Part shown: piece after piece, positions 39,438 through 48,700 of the stretch
Layout of the letters: the number at the start of each line of letters is the position of its first letter
Numbering within the stretch: position 1 is the first letter of the stretch
Assembly: GCA_046719715.1 (NCBI GenBank)
Contig: JBDNCJ010000004.1
Span: forward strand, 15,371 to 79,370
Length of the DNA stretch: 64,000 bases
Direction of reading: 5' to 3'
Source of the DNA: Chloroherpetonaceae bacterium
GTDB taxonomy: Bacteria; Bacteroidota; Chlorobiia; Chlorobiales; Thermochlorobacteraceae
Position numbers and translations under genes: made by a program
The notes under the pieces: generated by a model
What the model saw: the letters and a program-made list of their open reading frames with translations, nothing else
Databases searched by the model: none
Told to the model about the DNA's origin: nothing

Positions 39438-40349
39438 ATGACCATGAGAACATACACTATCAAACAGGTCGATGCATTTACCGACCGCACTTTCACCGGC
39501 AACCCCGCCGCCGTCTTGCTCGACGCAAGCGGACTCGGCGACGAGCAAATGCAGCTCATCGCCCGCGAAATGAACCTTTCCGAAACCGCCTTCGTGCTTC
39601 CCGCAACCGATAACACGCACGACCTTGAACTGCGCTGGCTTACGCCGACGAAGGAAGTCAATCTTTGTGGACACGCCACCATCGCCGCTTTTCACGCCCT
39701 TGCTGAGGAAAACCGATTTGGTCTCGGCGAAACGTCGAACAAACACTTTCGCGTCAAAACTCGAAGCGGCACCTTGCCCGTCTCGGTTGAGCGGCGCGAT
39801 GATAAAGTGATGGTCAAGTTCGGCATTCCCGTTCCGACCTTTGAAAAATTTGACGGACAAATCGCAGACCTCTTTAGCACACTTTCCGTTCCGACCGAGC
39901 AACTCGACAAATCGCTTCCCGTGCTGATTTCGTCGACGCGCTATCTTTATTTGCCGTTCATCAATCGCGAGCCGCTGTTGAAAATGTCCCCCGACTTTCA
40001 ATCGCTCAAACAACTCTCGCTCCGACGCGGCTTGACGGGCATTTGTGTTTTCACGACCGAAACCAAACATCCAACGAGTGCGGCACATTCACGATTCTTC
40101 GCGCCCGCTCTCGGCATCGACGAAGACCCCGTTACGGGTTCAGCACAAGGCGAACTCGCCTGTTATCTCTACTTGCATAAGCGTATTCCCGATTCCGACG
40201 GCACGATTCCCGTTACGCTCGAGCAAGGCTACGTCATCAATCGCGGCGGTCGTGTGTGGTCGGAACTCGTGGTTAAAAACGGCACGATTGAATCTGTCAG
40301 CATCAGCGGCTATGCCATCACGGTCATGAACGGAACGCTCTTTGTCTAA
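39438..40349 (+). CDS. PhzF-family isomerase-like protein
   Basis: 303 aa. IKQVDAFTDRTFTGNPAAVLL and LSETAFV motifs are typical of PhzF/YddE. Confidence 0.85.
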   Translation: MTMRTYTIKQVDAFTDRTFTGNPAAVLLDASGLGDEQMQLIAREMNLSETAFVLPATDNTHDLELRWLTPTKEVNLCGHATIAAFHALAEENRFGLGETSNKHFRVKTRSGTLPVSVERRDDKVMVKFGIPVPTFEKFDGQIADLFSTLSVPTEQLDKSLPVLISSTRYLYLPFINREPLLKMSPDFQSLKQLSLRRGLTGICVFTTETKHPTSAAHSRFFAPALGIDEDPVTGSAQGELACYLYLHKRIPDSDGTIPVTLEQGYVINRGGRVWSELVVKNGTIESVSISGYAITVMNGTLFV

Positions 40350-40365
40350 GCATTATGCACAAAAA

Positions 40366-40402
40366 CAAAAAAGCCTGAACGCTCGCACGCTCAGGCTTTT
40401 GA
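40366..40402. terminator. Bidirectional intrinsic terminator between convergent genes
   Basis: aaaaaagcctga-acgctcgcacgc-tcaggctttt, with A-tract and T-tract flanks. Confidence 0.7.
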
Positions 40403-40421
40403 AATCAATCAATACCCGCCG

Positions 40422-41135
40422 TTAGGGATTGTTGACGATGATTTGCGCGCCAAGTTCTTGCGCACCCGTTCCACCTAAAAATCCTCTTGCAAAGATGGTG
40501 TAAATTTTTCCGGCGTCAAGCGTGATGTTGGGAAGGCTCAATGCGACGGTTGTTGTTCCAGCGACGCGCACTTCCAAGTTCACGGTGCCCGCATCCACAG
40601 GCGTAAAGGCTTGCTGTGCTGCCGTAATCGTTGTATTGAACGTGCGATTGGTGAATAAGCCTTGTCCCGCAGGCTGACCAACCAGCGAGACATCAACCGC
40701 AGGCGCATTCGGAGAAAGATGAATGAAACGCACGTGGGCTTTGCCTGCCGCAGGCGCGGTTAAATCGTCGTTTGTGACTAACGCCGTAATTTTACTTACC
40801 GAATCAATCGCAAACACTGAATAGTTTCGGTTTGCTTCGAGTGGAAGGTCTGCATTGATAACGGTTGTTGTTGTGCCCGCCACATTGACTTTCACATTGC
40901 GCGTGCCGGCATTCACCGATAAGTAGCCAGTGTTGTTGGGAAAGGTCAATGGCTGTTGATTGACTTTTTGATTATCAACCAGCAAATCAACGCCGGGCGC
41001 ATCAGGCGAGGCATGCACAACCAATACTCTTGCTTGCGGCGTTGGCGAGGGTGAAGAGGTTGTATCTTCGCTGCAACCCGTGTTGAGTGAAAGTGAAACC
41101 GCAGCAACCAAGACCAAAAAGAGAGAACGTTTCAT
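40422..41135 (-). CDS. DUF4397 domain lipoprotein
   Basis: Lipobox SLSLNTGC. Two repeats of V(R/L)(F/V)(I/V)HASPDAP.VD(L/V), typical of DUF4397. Confidence 0.75.
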   Translation of the reverse strand: MKRSLFLVLVAAVSLSLNTGCSEDTTSSPSPTPQARVLVVHASPDAPGVDLLVDNQKVNQQPLTFPNNTGYLSVNAGTRNVKVNVAGTTTTVINADLPLEANRNYSVFAIDSVSKITALVTNDDLTAPAAGKAHVRFIHLSPNAPAVDVSLVGQPAGQGLFTNRTFNTTITAAQQAFTPVDAGTVNLEVRVAGTTTVALSLPNITLDAGKIYTIFARGFLGGTGAQELGAQIIVNNP

Positions 41136-41251
41136 AGATGAATGATTAAATGTTTTAATTTAGAAATGACAATGAACAATGTGCTGTTTTGCAACAACAC
41201 GCAAGAAAAACGCTTTAAGCACAGATAAGTTCCGAATTTTCAATTTAGGGT

Positions 41252-42184
41252 ATGAATCGAGCCACATGGTTTGAAAAAGTCCAACAAGGCGACAAACGCG
41301 TACTGGCGCGATTGCTTTCACAAGTGGAAAACGACGATGACACGGTCTCATCTCTTCTTTCCGAATTCTCTACACCGCATTCTCTTGCCTATCGCATTGG
41401 CGTTACGGGTCCGCCCGGCGCAGGCAAAAGCACGCTGACGAATCATCTCGTTAAAGCATATCGCAAAGTGCAAAAGAAAGTCGCCGTCATTGCCGTCGAC
41501 CCAACAAGTCCATTCACAGGTGGCGCGCTCTTGGGCGACCGCATTCGAATGAACGATGTGATGCTCGATTCAGGCGTGTTCATTCGTTCAATGGCAACGC
41601 GCGGAAGTCTGGGCGGATTGGCAAAGAAAACGGCGGAAGTCTCGCGCGTTCTCGAAGCGGCTGGCTACGACATTATCATTTTTGAAACCGTCGGCGTTGG
41701 ACAATCGGAACTCGACATCGTCAAAGCCGCCGACACCACCGTCGTCGTCCTCGTTCCTGAATCCGGCGACAGCATTCAAGCCATGAAAGCCGGACTGATG
41801 GAAATCGCCGACATCTTCGTGATGAATAAAGCCGATAGAACCGACAGCGACAAAGCCGTCCAAGCCCTCGAGAGCAGTTTGCAACTGCGCGAGCGCACCG
41901 CCGATTCATGGCTCGTGCCGATTATCAAAACCGTTGCCTCAAACGGCATTGGCATTTCAGAGTTATTCGCCGCCATTGAAGCCCACGCACACTACTTGCA
42001 GTCCAAAGGCTTGCTCCAAAAAAAGCGTGAAGCCCGCGATAAAGAATTCGTCGAACATCTTGTTGAGGAAAAATGGCGACGCAGTTTTTGGACTCAGGCT
42101 CGTCAAGCGTTGCTCACTCAAAAACTTTCCGAACACGAATCGCCCTATCGCATTGCTGAACGGTTGCTTTCCACCCATGACTAA
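41252..42184 (+). CDS. meaB: MeaB/ArgK-type G3E GTPase (methylmalonyl-CoA mutase chaperone family)
   Basis: P-loop GVTGPPGAGKSTL, ETVGVGQSE, NKADR specificity motif. Confidence 0.88.
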   Translation: MNRATWFEKVQQGDKRVLARLLSQVENDDDTVSSLLSEFSTPHSLAYRIGVTGPPGAGKSTLTNHLVKAYRKVQKKVAVIAVDPTSPFTGGALLGDRIRMNDVMLDSGVFIRSMATRGSLGGLAKKTAEVSRVLEAAGYDIIIFETVGVGQSELDIVKAADTTVVVLVPESGDSIQAMKAGLMEIADIFVMNKADRTDSDKAVQALESSLQLRERTADSWLVPIIKTVASNGIGISELFAAIEAHAHYLQSKGLLQKKREARDKEFVEHLVEEKWRRSFWTQARQALLTQKLSEHESPYRIAERLLSTHD

Positions 42185-42548
42185 GGAAGAACTTCTCGAA
42201 CAACTTCGCCCGTATTGCCACCAAGACATTCGCGGCGTGCTCATTGAAATTGTGCTCGATGAAAAAAAAGACCTCTACGACCGATTAGAACGCATCGTCA
42301 GCGAAACATTAGAAGCCAATCGAACAAGATTACTTACAGGCTACGACTGGGACGTGGGCGAAAGCCGTTGGCGCAATGCTTTCTTGGTGCATCTGTGGTC
42401 CGACGACCACGACATCTATTCGCTTGATGATTTCAATCGCCACTACACCGCCGAACAAATCGCTGAATTGCTCGAGTTTCTCGACACGCTCAAAGCCGCA
42501 CTCTGCCAAGAACTTGTCGACATCGAGGGCTGGACGCTTTTGCCATAA
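42177..42548 (+). CDS. Hypothetical protein (123 aa)
   Basis: ATG at 42177 overlaps the meaB stop by 8 nt. Acidic, helical. No motif recognised. Confidence 0.5.
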   Translation: MTKEELLEQLRPYCHQDIRGVLIEIVLDEKKDLYDRLERIVSETLEANRTRLLTGYDWDVGESRWRNAFLVHLWSDDHDIYSLDDFNRHYTAEQIAELLEFLDTLKAALCQELVDIEGWTLLP

Positions 42549-42572
42549 CTCACTTTACCAATTCTACTTTCA

Positions 42573-43466
42573 ATGATTTCAAAACTCAACCTTTCAGAAC
42601 GCCTTTCGCTCTCACGCCTCTCGCTCGGTGTGTGGCGCATGAACCAATGGAACTTGAACGACGACGCCTTGCGCGCGCTGTTTGAAACCGCCGTCGAACT
42701 CGGCATCACCACCATTGACCATGCCGACATTTACGGCGGCTACACATGCGAAGCACGTTTCGGCACGATTGTTCCCGCTTCGCTTCGCCAAAAGATGCAA
42801 CTTGTTACCAAGTGTGGCATTAAACTCGTTTCGCCCAATCGTCCAGAGCATCGGCTTAAAACCTACGACACCAGCGCGAAGCACATTCTTCTTTCGGTTG
42901 AAATGTCGCTTAAAAATTTGAGGACGGATTATCTCGACGCGCTGTTGCTTCACCGTCCCAACCCCTTGATGAACGCTGATGAAATTGCCGAAGTCTTTAC
43001 CTCGCTTCGCGCGTCAGGCAAGGTATTGGAGTTTGGCGTTTCAAATTTTACGCCGTCGCAAATTTCGCTTTTGCAGTCTCGGCTCTCGTTCAAATTGGTT
43101 ACAAATCAAATTCAGTTTTCCGTACTTCATCTCGCGCCCATGTATGATGGCACATTAGACCAAACACAAGAGCGTGCCATGCCACCAATGGCGTGGTCGC
43201 CTTTAGCGGGCGGACGCTTATTCGGCGAGGGAGAAGAGGCGTGGCGCGTTCGCTCTGAACTTGCTCACATTGCAAATGAACTCGGCGCAAGCCTCGAACA
43301 AGTGGCTCTCGCTTGGATTATGAAGCACCCCTCCAAGCCAATGCCGATTTTGGGTTCAGGAAAAATTGAGCGGCTTAAAGACGCTGTCAAAGCCGATTCG
43401 CTCGCGCTTTCCGATGAACATTGGTTTCGTATCTTGCGTGCTTCAACGGGAGTAGATGTGCCTTAA
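42573..43466 (+). CDS. Aldo/keto reductase family oxidoreductase
   Basis: 297 aa. GITTIDHADIYG, LLLHRPNPL and GVSNF motifs. Confidence 0.85.
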   Translation: MISKLNLSERLSLSRLSLGVWRMNQWNLNDDALRALFETAVELGITTIDHADIYGGYTCEARFGTIVPASLRQKMQLVTKCGIKLVSPNRPEHRLKTYDTSAKHILLSVEMSLKNLRTDYLDALLLHRPNPLMNADEIAEVFTSLRASGKVLEFGVSNFTPSQISLLQSRLSFKLVTNQIQFSVLHLAPMYDGTLDQTQERAMPPMAWSPLAGGRLFGEGEEAWRVRSELAHIANELGASLEQVALAWIMKHPSKPMPILGSGKIERLKDAVKADSLALSDEHWFRILRASTGVDVP

Positions 43467-43471
43467 TCACC

Positions 43472-45565
43472 ATGGTTCAATTGCCTGAAAAACCTGAAGT
43501 AGCCTTGTCAAACGACCCTGGTCAAATTCGCGTGCTCGCTTTGCTTGCCAGAGACTTTCGTTCAACAAACCTTCTCAAAGCAAGAGAAACTGCTGAGGCG
43601 TGTTTAACCCTCATCGGCGAGAGTTCACTGTATGCGCAAGAAAAAGCCCTCGCGCTGACCACGCTTGGCGTCTGTAATCGCTTCGACGGCAACGCCCAAA
43701 AGGCGATTGAACAATTTTCAGAAGCGCAGTTGCTTTATCTCTCGCTCAACGATTCGTTCAACGTCGCCGACTCCTATCTCAAACTTGGGAGCGTTTATCG
43801 GTATTTGACCGACTACGAAAACGCACTTCAATGCTATGAAAAAGGCTTAGCGATGTTTCGCGAGCTCAACGACGCTAACGGCACGGCGATGGCACTCAAC
43901 AATCTTGGCAATGTCTTTTACTCGACCACTGATTATGCACGCGCCCTCCAATGCTACCAAGAAAGCCTTTCACTTTACCTCTCACTTGGCGACGACGCTG
44001 GCATTGCATCGACCTTTGCTAATCTTGCTTTGATTTATGAGCGTCTGGGAGATTATGTTCAGGCTCTTCAATTCAATCAAGAAAGCCTAAAACTTCGAGA
44101 AAAGACTGGCGATAAAAAAGGAATGTCCATTTCGCTCAACAACATCGGAATGGTTTATGAAAAACTTTCCGACTTCCCCAATGCGATTTCCACTCACGAA
44201 CAAAGTTTGCAACTCAAACGCGACATCGGCGACCTCTACGGCATTTCTCAATCGCTGAACAATCTGGGCAACGTCTATGAAAAGATGGGTGAGCGCATGC
44301 GCGCTCTTGATTACTACACGGAAAGCCTCTCGATTCAACAAAGCATTAACGACAAACAAGGCGTCGCCTACTCACTCAACAACATTGGACATATCCACGA
44401 AACCTTTTGCGAATTTCAAGATGCTCTCCGTTTCTATAACGAAGGCTTATCCATCTTTCGAAGCATCGGCGATAAATACGGCGTTGCCAATTCGCTTATT
44501 GGATTAGGCAAAGTCTTGATTCATCTCAAAGCATTTTCAGAAGCCGAGCAATATTTGAACGATGCGCTTTCGCTCTGCGAAGAAGTCGGATTGAAAGAAG
44601 AGCGCTACGTCGTCTATGAAACGCTCTCTCTGCTCTACGCAGAAACAAGCGATTTTCAGAAAGCCTTTGAAGCCTACAAGAAATTTCACAGTGCCAAAGA
44701 AGAAGTCCATAATCAAGAAAAAGAACAGCGAATCGCCACGCTTCAAGTGCGCTTCGAGACCGAACAAGCGCGTAAAGACAGCGAGTTGCAAAAAAAAGAA
44801 GCCGAGCTCTTTCGCCTGAAAACCGTCGAACTCGCCAATGCACTCAACGAAGTTCAACTTCAAAAAGAACGTGCCGAAGAAGCCAATAAACTCAAAACCG
44901 AATTTTTAGGCATTGCGGCGCACGACCTCAAAAATCCCCTTCAATCCATCATGGGCTTTGCCGATTTAATCGCGGAACGCATCGACGATAAAGCCAGTGT
45001 GCTTTCTTATAGCCAAATCATTAAGCGCTCTTCCGAGCGTATGTTCAACATCGTTTCCGCGCTTCTTAAAAACCTTCGCTACGACGCCACTCAACTTTCT
45101 CTCAATCCCGAACTTGCCGACGTCGGCGAGGTTTTACGACTGGTTCTGGAACACAATCTTCCACAGATAGAGCGCAAGTCGCTCCTGCTCTTGACGGAAC
45201 TTGAACCCAACTGCACAGCGCGCATCGACCTCGTCTATATGAGCGAAGCCTTCGATAATTTGATTTCAAATGCAATTAAATACAGCCCGTCGGGCAAACA
45301 CATCACGGTCAGCCTTCAACGTGCTTCGAACTCGATTCGTATTGCGATTAAAGATGAAGGACAAGGACTTACCGAAGACGATAAGACCAAACTCTTCATT
45401 CAATTTCAATCGCTTTCTGCTAAACCAACGGGCGGCGAAAGTTCAACAGGATTAGGCTTGTATATCGTCAAACAGATTGTTGAAAAACACGGCGGGCGCG
45501 TCTGGGCGGAATCTTCGGGCGAGCATCAAGGTGCGACATTCTTCATTGAATTGCCTTGCGCTTAA
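43472..45565 (+). CDS. Soluble TPR-repeat sensor histidine kinase (paralog 4)
   Basis: MVQLPEKPE start, 5 nt after the AKR stop. About 8 40-aa TPR units, a coiled coil, H-box FLGIAAHDLKNPLQSI, and FIQFQSLSAKPTGGESSTGLGL. Confidence 0.9.
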   Translation: MVQLPEKPEVALSNDPGQIRVLALLARDFRSTNLLKARETAEACLTLIGESSLYAQEKALALTTLGVCNRFDGNAQKAIEQFSEAQLLYLSLNDSFNVADSYLKLGSVYRYLTDYENALQCYEKGLAMFRELNDANGTAMALNNLGNVFYSTTDYARALQCYQESLSLYLSLGDDAGIASTFANLALIYERLGDYVQALQFNQESLKLREKTGDKKGMSISLNNIGMVYEKLSDFPNAISTHEQSLQLKRDIGDLYGISQSLNNLGNVYEKMGERMRALDYYTESLSIQQSINDKQGVAYSLNNIGHIHETFCEFQDALRFYNEGLSIFRSIGDKYGVANSLIGLGKVLIHLKAFSEAEQYLNDALSLCEEVGLKEERYVVYETLSLLYAETSDFQKAFEAYKKFHSAKEEVHNQEKEQRIATLQVRFETEQARKDSELQKKEAELFRLKTVELANALNEVQLQKERAEEANKLKTEFLGIAAHDLKNPLQSIMGFADLIAERIDDKASVLSYSQIIKRSSERMFNIVSALLKNLRYDATQLSLNPELADVGEVLRLVLEHNLPQIERKSLLLLTELEPNCTARIDLVYMSEAFDNLISNAIKYSPSGKHITVSLQRASNSIRIAIKDEGQGLTEDDKTKLFIQFQSLSAKPTGGESSTGLGLYIVKQIVEKHGGRVWAESSGEHQGATFFIELPCA

Positions 45566-45607
45566 ACTTGCCTCGCTTTTCTGTAACTTCGAAGAAAATG
45601 AACGAAC

Positions 45608-46627
45608 ATGAAAAAGCACATTGCCGTTGTCGTTTCCTCTCACGGCGAAGTTGACGCGCCGAGCATGAGAGCGTATTACGAGAACATGAAGCACATTTTC
45701 GCCCATGTCTCTGAAATCATGCCGATTCCCAAACTTGCCCGACTGCTCATTCCGCCGATTGGCGCCGTGATTCAAGTCCGAAAGTCAAAAAAGGACGGTT
45801 ATGTTTCGCCGATGAACCGCATCAGCGCGGCGCAAGCCAAGCGTATCGAGGAAAAACTCCAACAAGAAAACTCACTTCCCTTTCAATTCACGGTTTTCAA
45901 CGCGTTTGAAACCACACCGCCTTACACGCACGATGTTTTGCACAGCCTTTTTGACGCTGGCGCGAAATATGACGGCATCATTGCACTTGTGATGAATCCA
46001 ATGGAATCGGCGTTCAGTTGCGGCGCCGTTTGTCGTTTCGCTCTCAAAGAACTTGGCGCACAGGCTTACTCGCGACTGCGCGTCGTTACAGGACTTTACA
46101 AGAATCAAGATTTAATGCGCCTTTACGCCGACCATATTTTCGCTCATGCTGCGGCTTTGCCCGAAAAAAGCGGATTGATGATTGCACTTCACGGCACGGT
46201 GATTTCCGACGCGAAGGGCAAGCCTGTTGGTTTTCACAATGGCTATATGGAAAATCAAATCCTCTTTGCACGCTTGAAGCAACAGATTGAACACGATTCG
46301 CGCAATCGGTTTGAGCGCATCGAGCCTGCCTATCTCAATCACCAAGTCGGCGGAAAATGGACAGAGCCAACACTTGCACAAACGATTTCTTCGTTCAAGA
46401 AAAGCGGCGTTGAACACGCTTACCTGTTTGCCGCTGGCTACTTCGCCGACAACAGCGAAACCCAAGAGAACGCCCAATCGCAGTTGAAGAAATCAGGGTT
46501 CAAAACCGCGTACTACATTCCTTGTGTCAATGAATCGGAAGCATTTGCATCTTTGATGGCACAAGAAATCTTGATTGCCGCCGAGCGATTAGAGGCAAGG
46601 GGAAAATTTTTAGAGCAGATTTTTTAG
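45608..46627 (+). CDS. Ferrochelatase-family (class II chelatase) protein, divergent
   Basis: 339 aa. HIAVVVSSHGEVDAP N-terminus, R.SKKDGYVSPMNRISAAQAKRIEEKL, LMIALHGTV (His region) and FADNSETQE (in place of the usual DH(L/I)ET). Confidence 0.6.
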   Translation: MKKHIAVVVSSHGEVDAPSMRAYYENMKHIFAHVSEIMPIPKLARLLIPPIGAVIQVRKSKKDGYVSPMNRISAAQAKRIEEKLQQENSLPFQFTVFNAFETTPPYTHDVLHSLFDAGAKYDGIIALVMNPMESAFSCGAVCRFALKELGAQAYSRLRVVTGLYKNQDLMRLYADHIFAHAAALPEKSGLMIALHGTVISDAKGKPVGFHNGYMENQILFARLKQQIEHDSRNRFERIEPAYLNHQVGGKWTEPTLAQTISSFKKSGVEHAYLFAAGYFADNSETQENAQSQLKKSGFKTAYYIPCVNESEAFASLMAQEILIAAERLEARGKFLEQIF

Positions 46628-46646
46628 AGCAGGATTTAAAGCACAA

Positions 46647-46680
46647 AAGCGACTTTCAGCAAGTCGCTTCTCGTTGTTTG
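46647..46680 (+). terminator. Probable intrinsic terminator
   Basis: aagcgactt-tcagc-aagtcgctt followed by ctcgttgtttg. Confidence 0.55.
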
Positions 46681-46765
46681 TACCGAAGGTCGGACTCGAA
46701 CCGACACGTCTTTAAGGGACACTGGATTTTGAGTCCAGCGCGTCTACCAATTCCGCCACTCCGGC
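46681..46765 (-). tRNA. tRNA-Leu (anticodon CAA)
   Basis: Minus strand GCCGGAG-TG-GCGGAATTGGTAGACGC-G-CTGGA-CTCAAAA-TCCAG-long variable arm-GTCGGTTCGAGTCCGAC-CTTCGGT-A. Cloverleaf folds by hand. CCA is not encoded. Confidence 0.9.
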
Positions 46766-46809
46766 ATGATGACTACGGCGCGTGATATGCGCAAGCACGG
46801 CTTTTCGTG

Positions 46810-46891
46810 TGCGAGAGGAGGGACTTGAACCCACACGCCTTGCGGCACGGGCTTCTAAGACCCGCGCGTCTGCCAGTTTCGCCACTCTCGC
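46810..46891 (-). tRNA. tRNA-Leu (anticodon UAG)
   Basis: Minus strand GCGAGAG-TG-GCGAAACTGGCAGACGC-G-CGGGT-CTTAGAA-GCCCG-variable arm-GTGGGTTCAAGTCCCTC-CTCTCGC-A. One U-U mismatch in the T stem. CCA is not encoded. Confidence 0.85.
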
Positions 46892-46983
46892 GCCGTGCTG
46901 TTGTTTCAAAAAACAGGGCGCAAATATACGGCTTTTTCACTTTTCAAAAAATGTCCTCTATTCTTTTCCTCACTTGCTTCAAC

Positions 46984-47817
46984 TTACACGGCGGATTGCT
47001 CTATGGCATTTCGCATCGCCGCCACATACTCTTCGGCTTTTTTTGAGACCGCTTTTTCAAACTCATTCACCGAACTGAACTCGCCATCAGGATAAATCAC
47101 TGCCCGCCCAATGTTGATGAGCGCAGATTGTGCATTCGCGTCTGTGCCGTATCGGACAGAGTCTTCAAGCGAGCCGCCTTGTGCGCCCACGCCCGGAATC
47201 AAAAAACATAACCCTTGCGCCATGGCTCTCAATCGCTTTAATTCTTCGGCGCGATTTGCACCCACCACCAGCCCGACATTATCAAATTGATTCCACTCCA
47301 ACGCTTTTTCAAGCACCGCTTCGTAAAGTAGTCTTCCCTCTTCCAATCGCCGTTCTTCAAAATCTTTTGAACCGCTGTTTGAAGTCAGACACAAAATCAA
47401 CGTGAGTTTTTCTTTGTAAGAAATGAACGGCTCGATGGAATCGTAGCCCATGTAGGGCGGCACGGTTACGGCGTCGAATCCCCAAGTTTCAAAGAAGGCT
47501 GTGGCATAAAGGCGCGACGTGTTGCCAATGTCGGCGCGTTTGGCGTCAGCAATCGTAACGACATTTTTCGGAAGGTGATGCATGAGCGCGTCGAGCGCGT
47601 GCAAACCTTTCAAGCCTATGGCTTCGTAGAAAGCAAAGTTCGGCTTGTAGGCAATGGCGACATCAGACGTCGCATTGACGATGGATTTTGTGAATTCCGT
47701 AATGGGGTCTTGCATGCGCAAAAAGAGCGTCGGGATTTTTTGCACGTCGGGGTCTAATCCAACGCAGAGAAACGATTTCTTTTGTTCAATGAGCGCGTTA
47801 ATCCGCTTTTTAATCAT
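46984..47817 (-). CDS. pyrF: Orotidine 5'-phosphate decarboxylase (type 2)
   Basis: MIKKRINALIEQKKSFLCVGLDPD and IADAKRADIGNT motifs. ATG at 47817 is preferred over TTG at 47856. Confidence 0.88.
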   Translation of the reverse strand: MIKKRINALIEQKKSFLCVGLDPDVQKIPTLFLRMQDPITEFTKSIVNATSDVAIAYKPNFAFYEAIGLKGLHALDALMHHLPKNVVTIADAKRADIGNTSRLYATAFFETWGFDAVTVPPYMGYDSIEPFISYKEKLTLILCLTSNSGSKDFEERRLEEGRLLYEAVLEKALEWNQFDNVGLVVGANRAEELKRLRAMAQGLCFLIPGVGAQGGSLEDSVRYGTDANAQSALINIGRAVIYPDGEFSSVNEFEKAVSKKAEEYVAAMRNAIEQSAV

Positions 47818-47920
47818 AGTGTTGTGTTGAGCACATCTAAACGGTTGAAAAAGCAAAGGGCTATGAGAATAACGTTTTCAACGTCCTTTACAAAAGGCTT
47901 AATCGGCTTTCACTTCGCGC

Positions 47921-48700
47921 TCATTCAGTAGCAGAAATGGCAATGTAGATTCCCGCATACACGCCGAGCTCGACGAGTTGATTTGCCGCGCCGAGTGCGT
48001 CGCCTGTAATTCCTCCGATTTGTTTTACAAAAAAATGTCGCGCCCAAAACGCTATTAAACCGCTTATACCCAGCGCGATAATGGCGTCCCACTCGAGGAG
48101 CCATATACAAAGCAACATCGTGTAAAGACTTGCTACGACGAGGCGTTTCAGCGATGCCTTTTGCGCAAACGGCTTTGAACTCGTTGATTCGCTTCGCGCA
48201 TACTCAAGCGTGAAGATGAGCGGCATGCTGGAATAACGTCCGAGCATGTGCGCGACAACGAGCGTTGAAAGTGCAAGTGAGTGTTCTTGTTTGAAAATTT
48301 CCGTCAAGAGCAACAGTTTTGCCGTCAAGAACAGCCAAAGTGCGATTGCGCCATATGTGCCGATGCGGCTATCCTTCATGATTTCCAAGATTCGCTCTTT
48401 CGTGTATCCGCCGCCGAAGCCGTCGGCTGAATCGGCAAGCCCATCTTCGTGAAATGCGCCCGTCAGTAAAATCGTTGTTGCCATTGATGCCAAAACTGAC
48501 AGTATCGGCGAACATTTAAGCGATGCTAAAAAAAGCGCCAACGCGCCCACACTTCCGACAAGTGCACCGACCAACGGGAAATAGAGCGTCGATTTGGATA
48601 AGTGGTCAGGATTGTATTCGACAAAGCGCGAGACAGGCAAGCGCGTCAAGAACATCACGGCAGAAAGAAAAATGTTGAACTCCGTTTTCATTTGACTCAT
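47921..48700 (-). CDS. cobS: Adenosylcobinamide-GDP ribazoletransferase (cobalamin synthase)
   Basis: 259 aa polytopic membrane protein. FLTRLPV N-terminal motif and DGLADSADG motif. ATGA overlap with cobT. Confidence 0.88.
   Translation of the reverse strand: MSQMKTEFNIFLSAVMFLTRLPVSRFVEYNPDHLSKSTLYFPLVGALVGSVGALALFLASLKCSPILSVLASMATTILLTGAFHEDGLADSADGFGGGYTKERILEIMKDSRIGTYGAIALWLFLTAKLLLLTEIFKQEHSLALSTLVVAHMLGRYSSMPLIFTLEYARSESTSSKPFAQKASLKRLVVASLYTMLLCIWLLEWDAIIALGISGLIAFWARHFFVKQIGGITGDALGAANQLVELGVYAGIYIAISATE

Noticed and set aside
39294-40088. 265-codon N-terminal extension of the mrdA ORF (track 37488..40088), including the NRYYTNRYYTNRYY stretch
   Set aside because: The extension is antisense to the well-supported PhzF-family gene and crosses the intergenic tandem repeat. 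PBP2 begins with a normal TM anchor at ATG 39293. The extension is a long antisense open frame.
46628-46983. Integration hotspot or genomic island at the tandem tRNA-Leu genes
   Set aside because: No integrase, no direct repeat of the tRNA 3' end, and the flanking genes (chelatase-like, pyrF, cobST) look like core genes.
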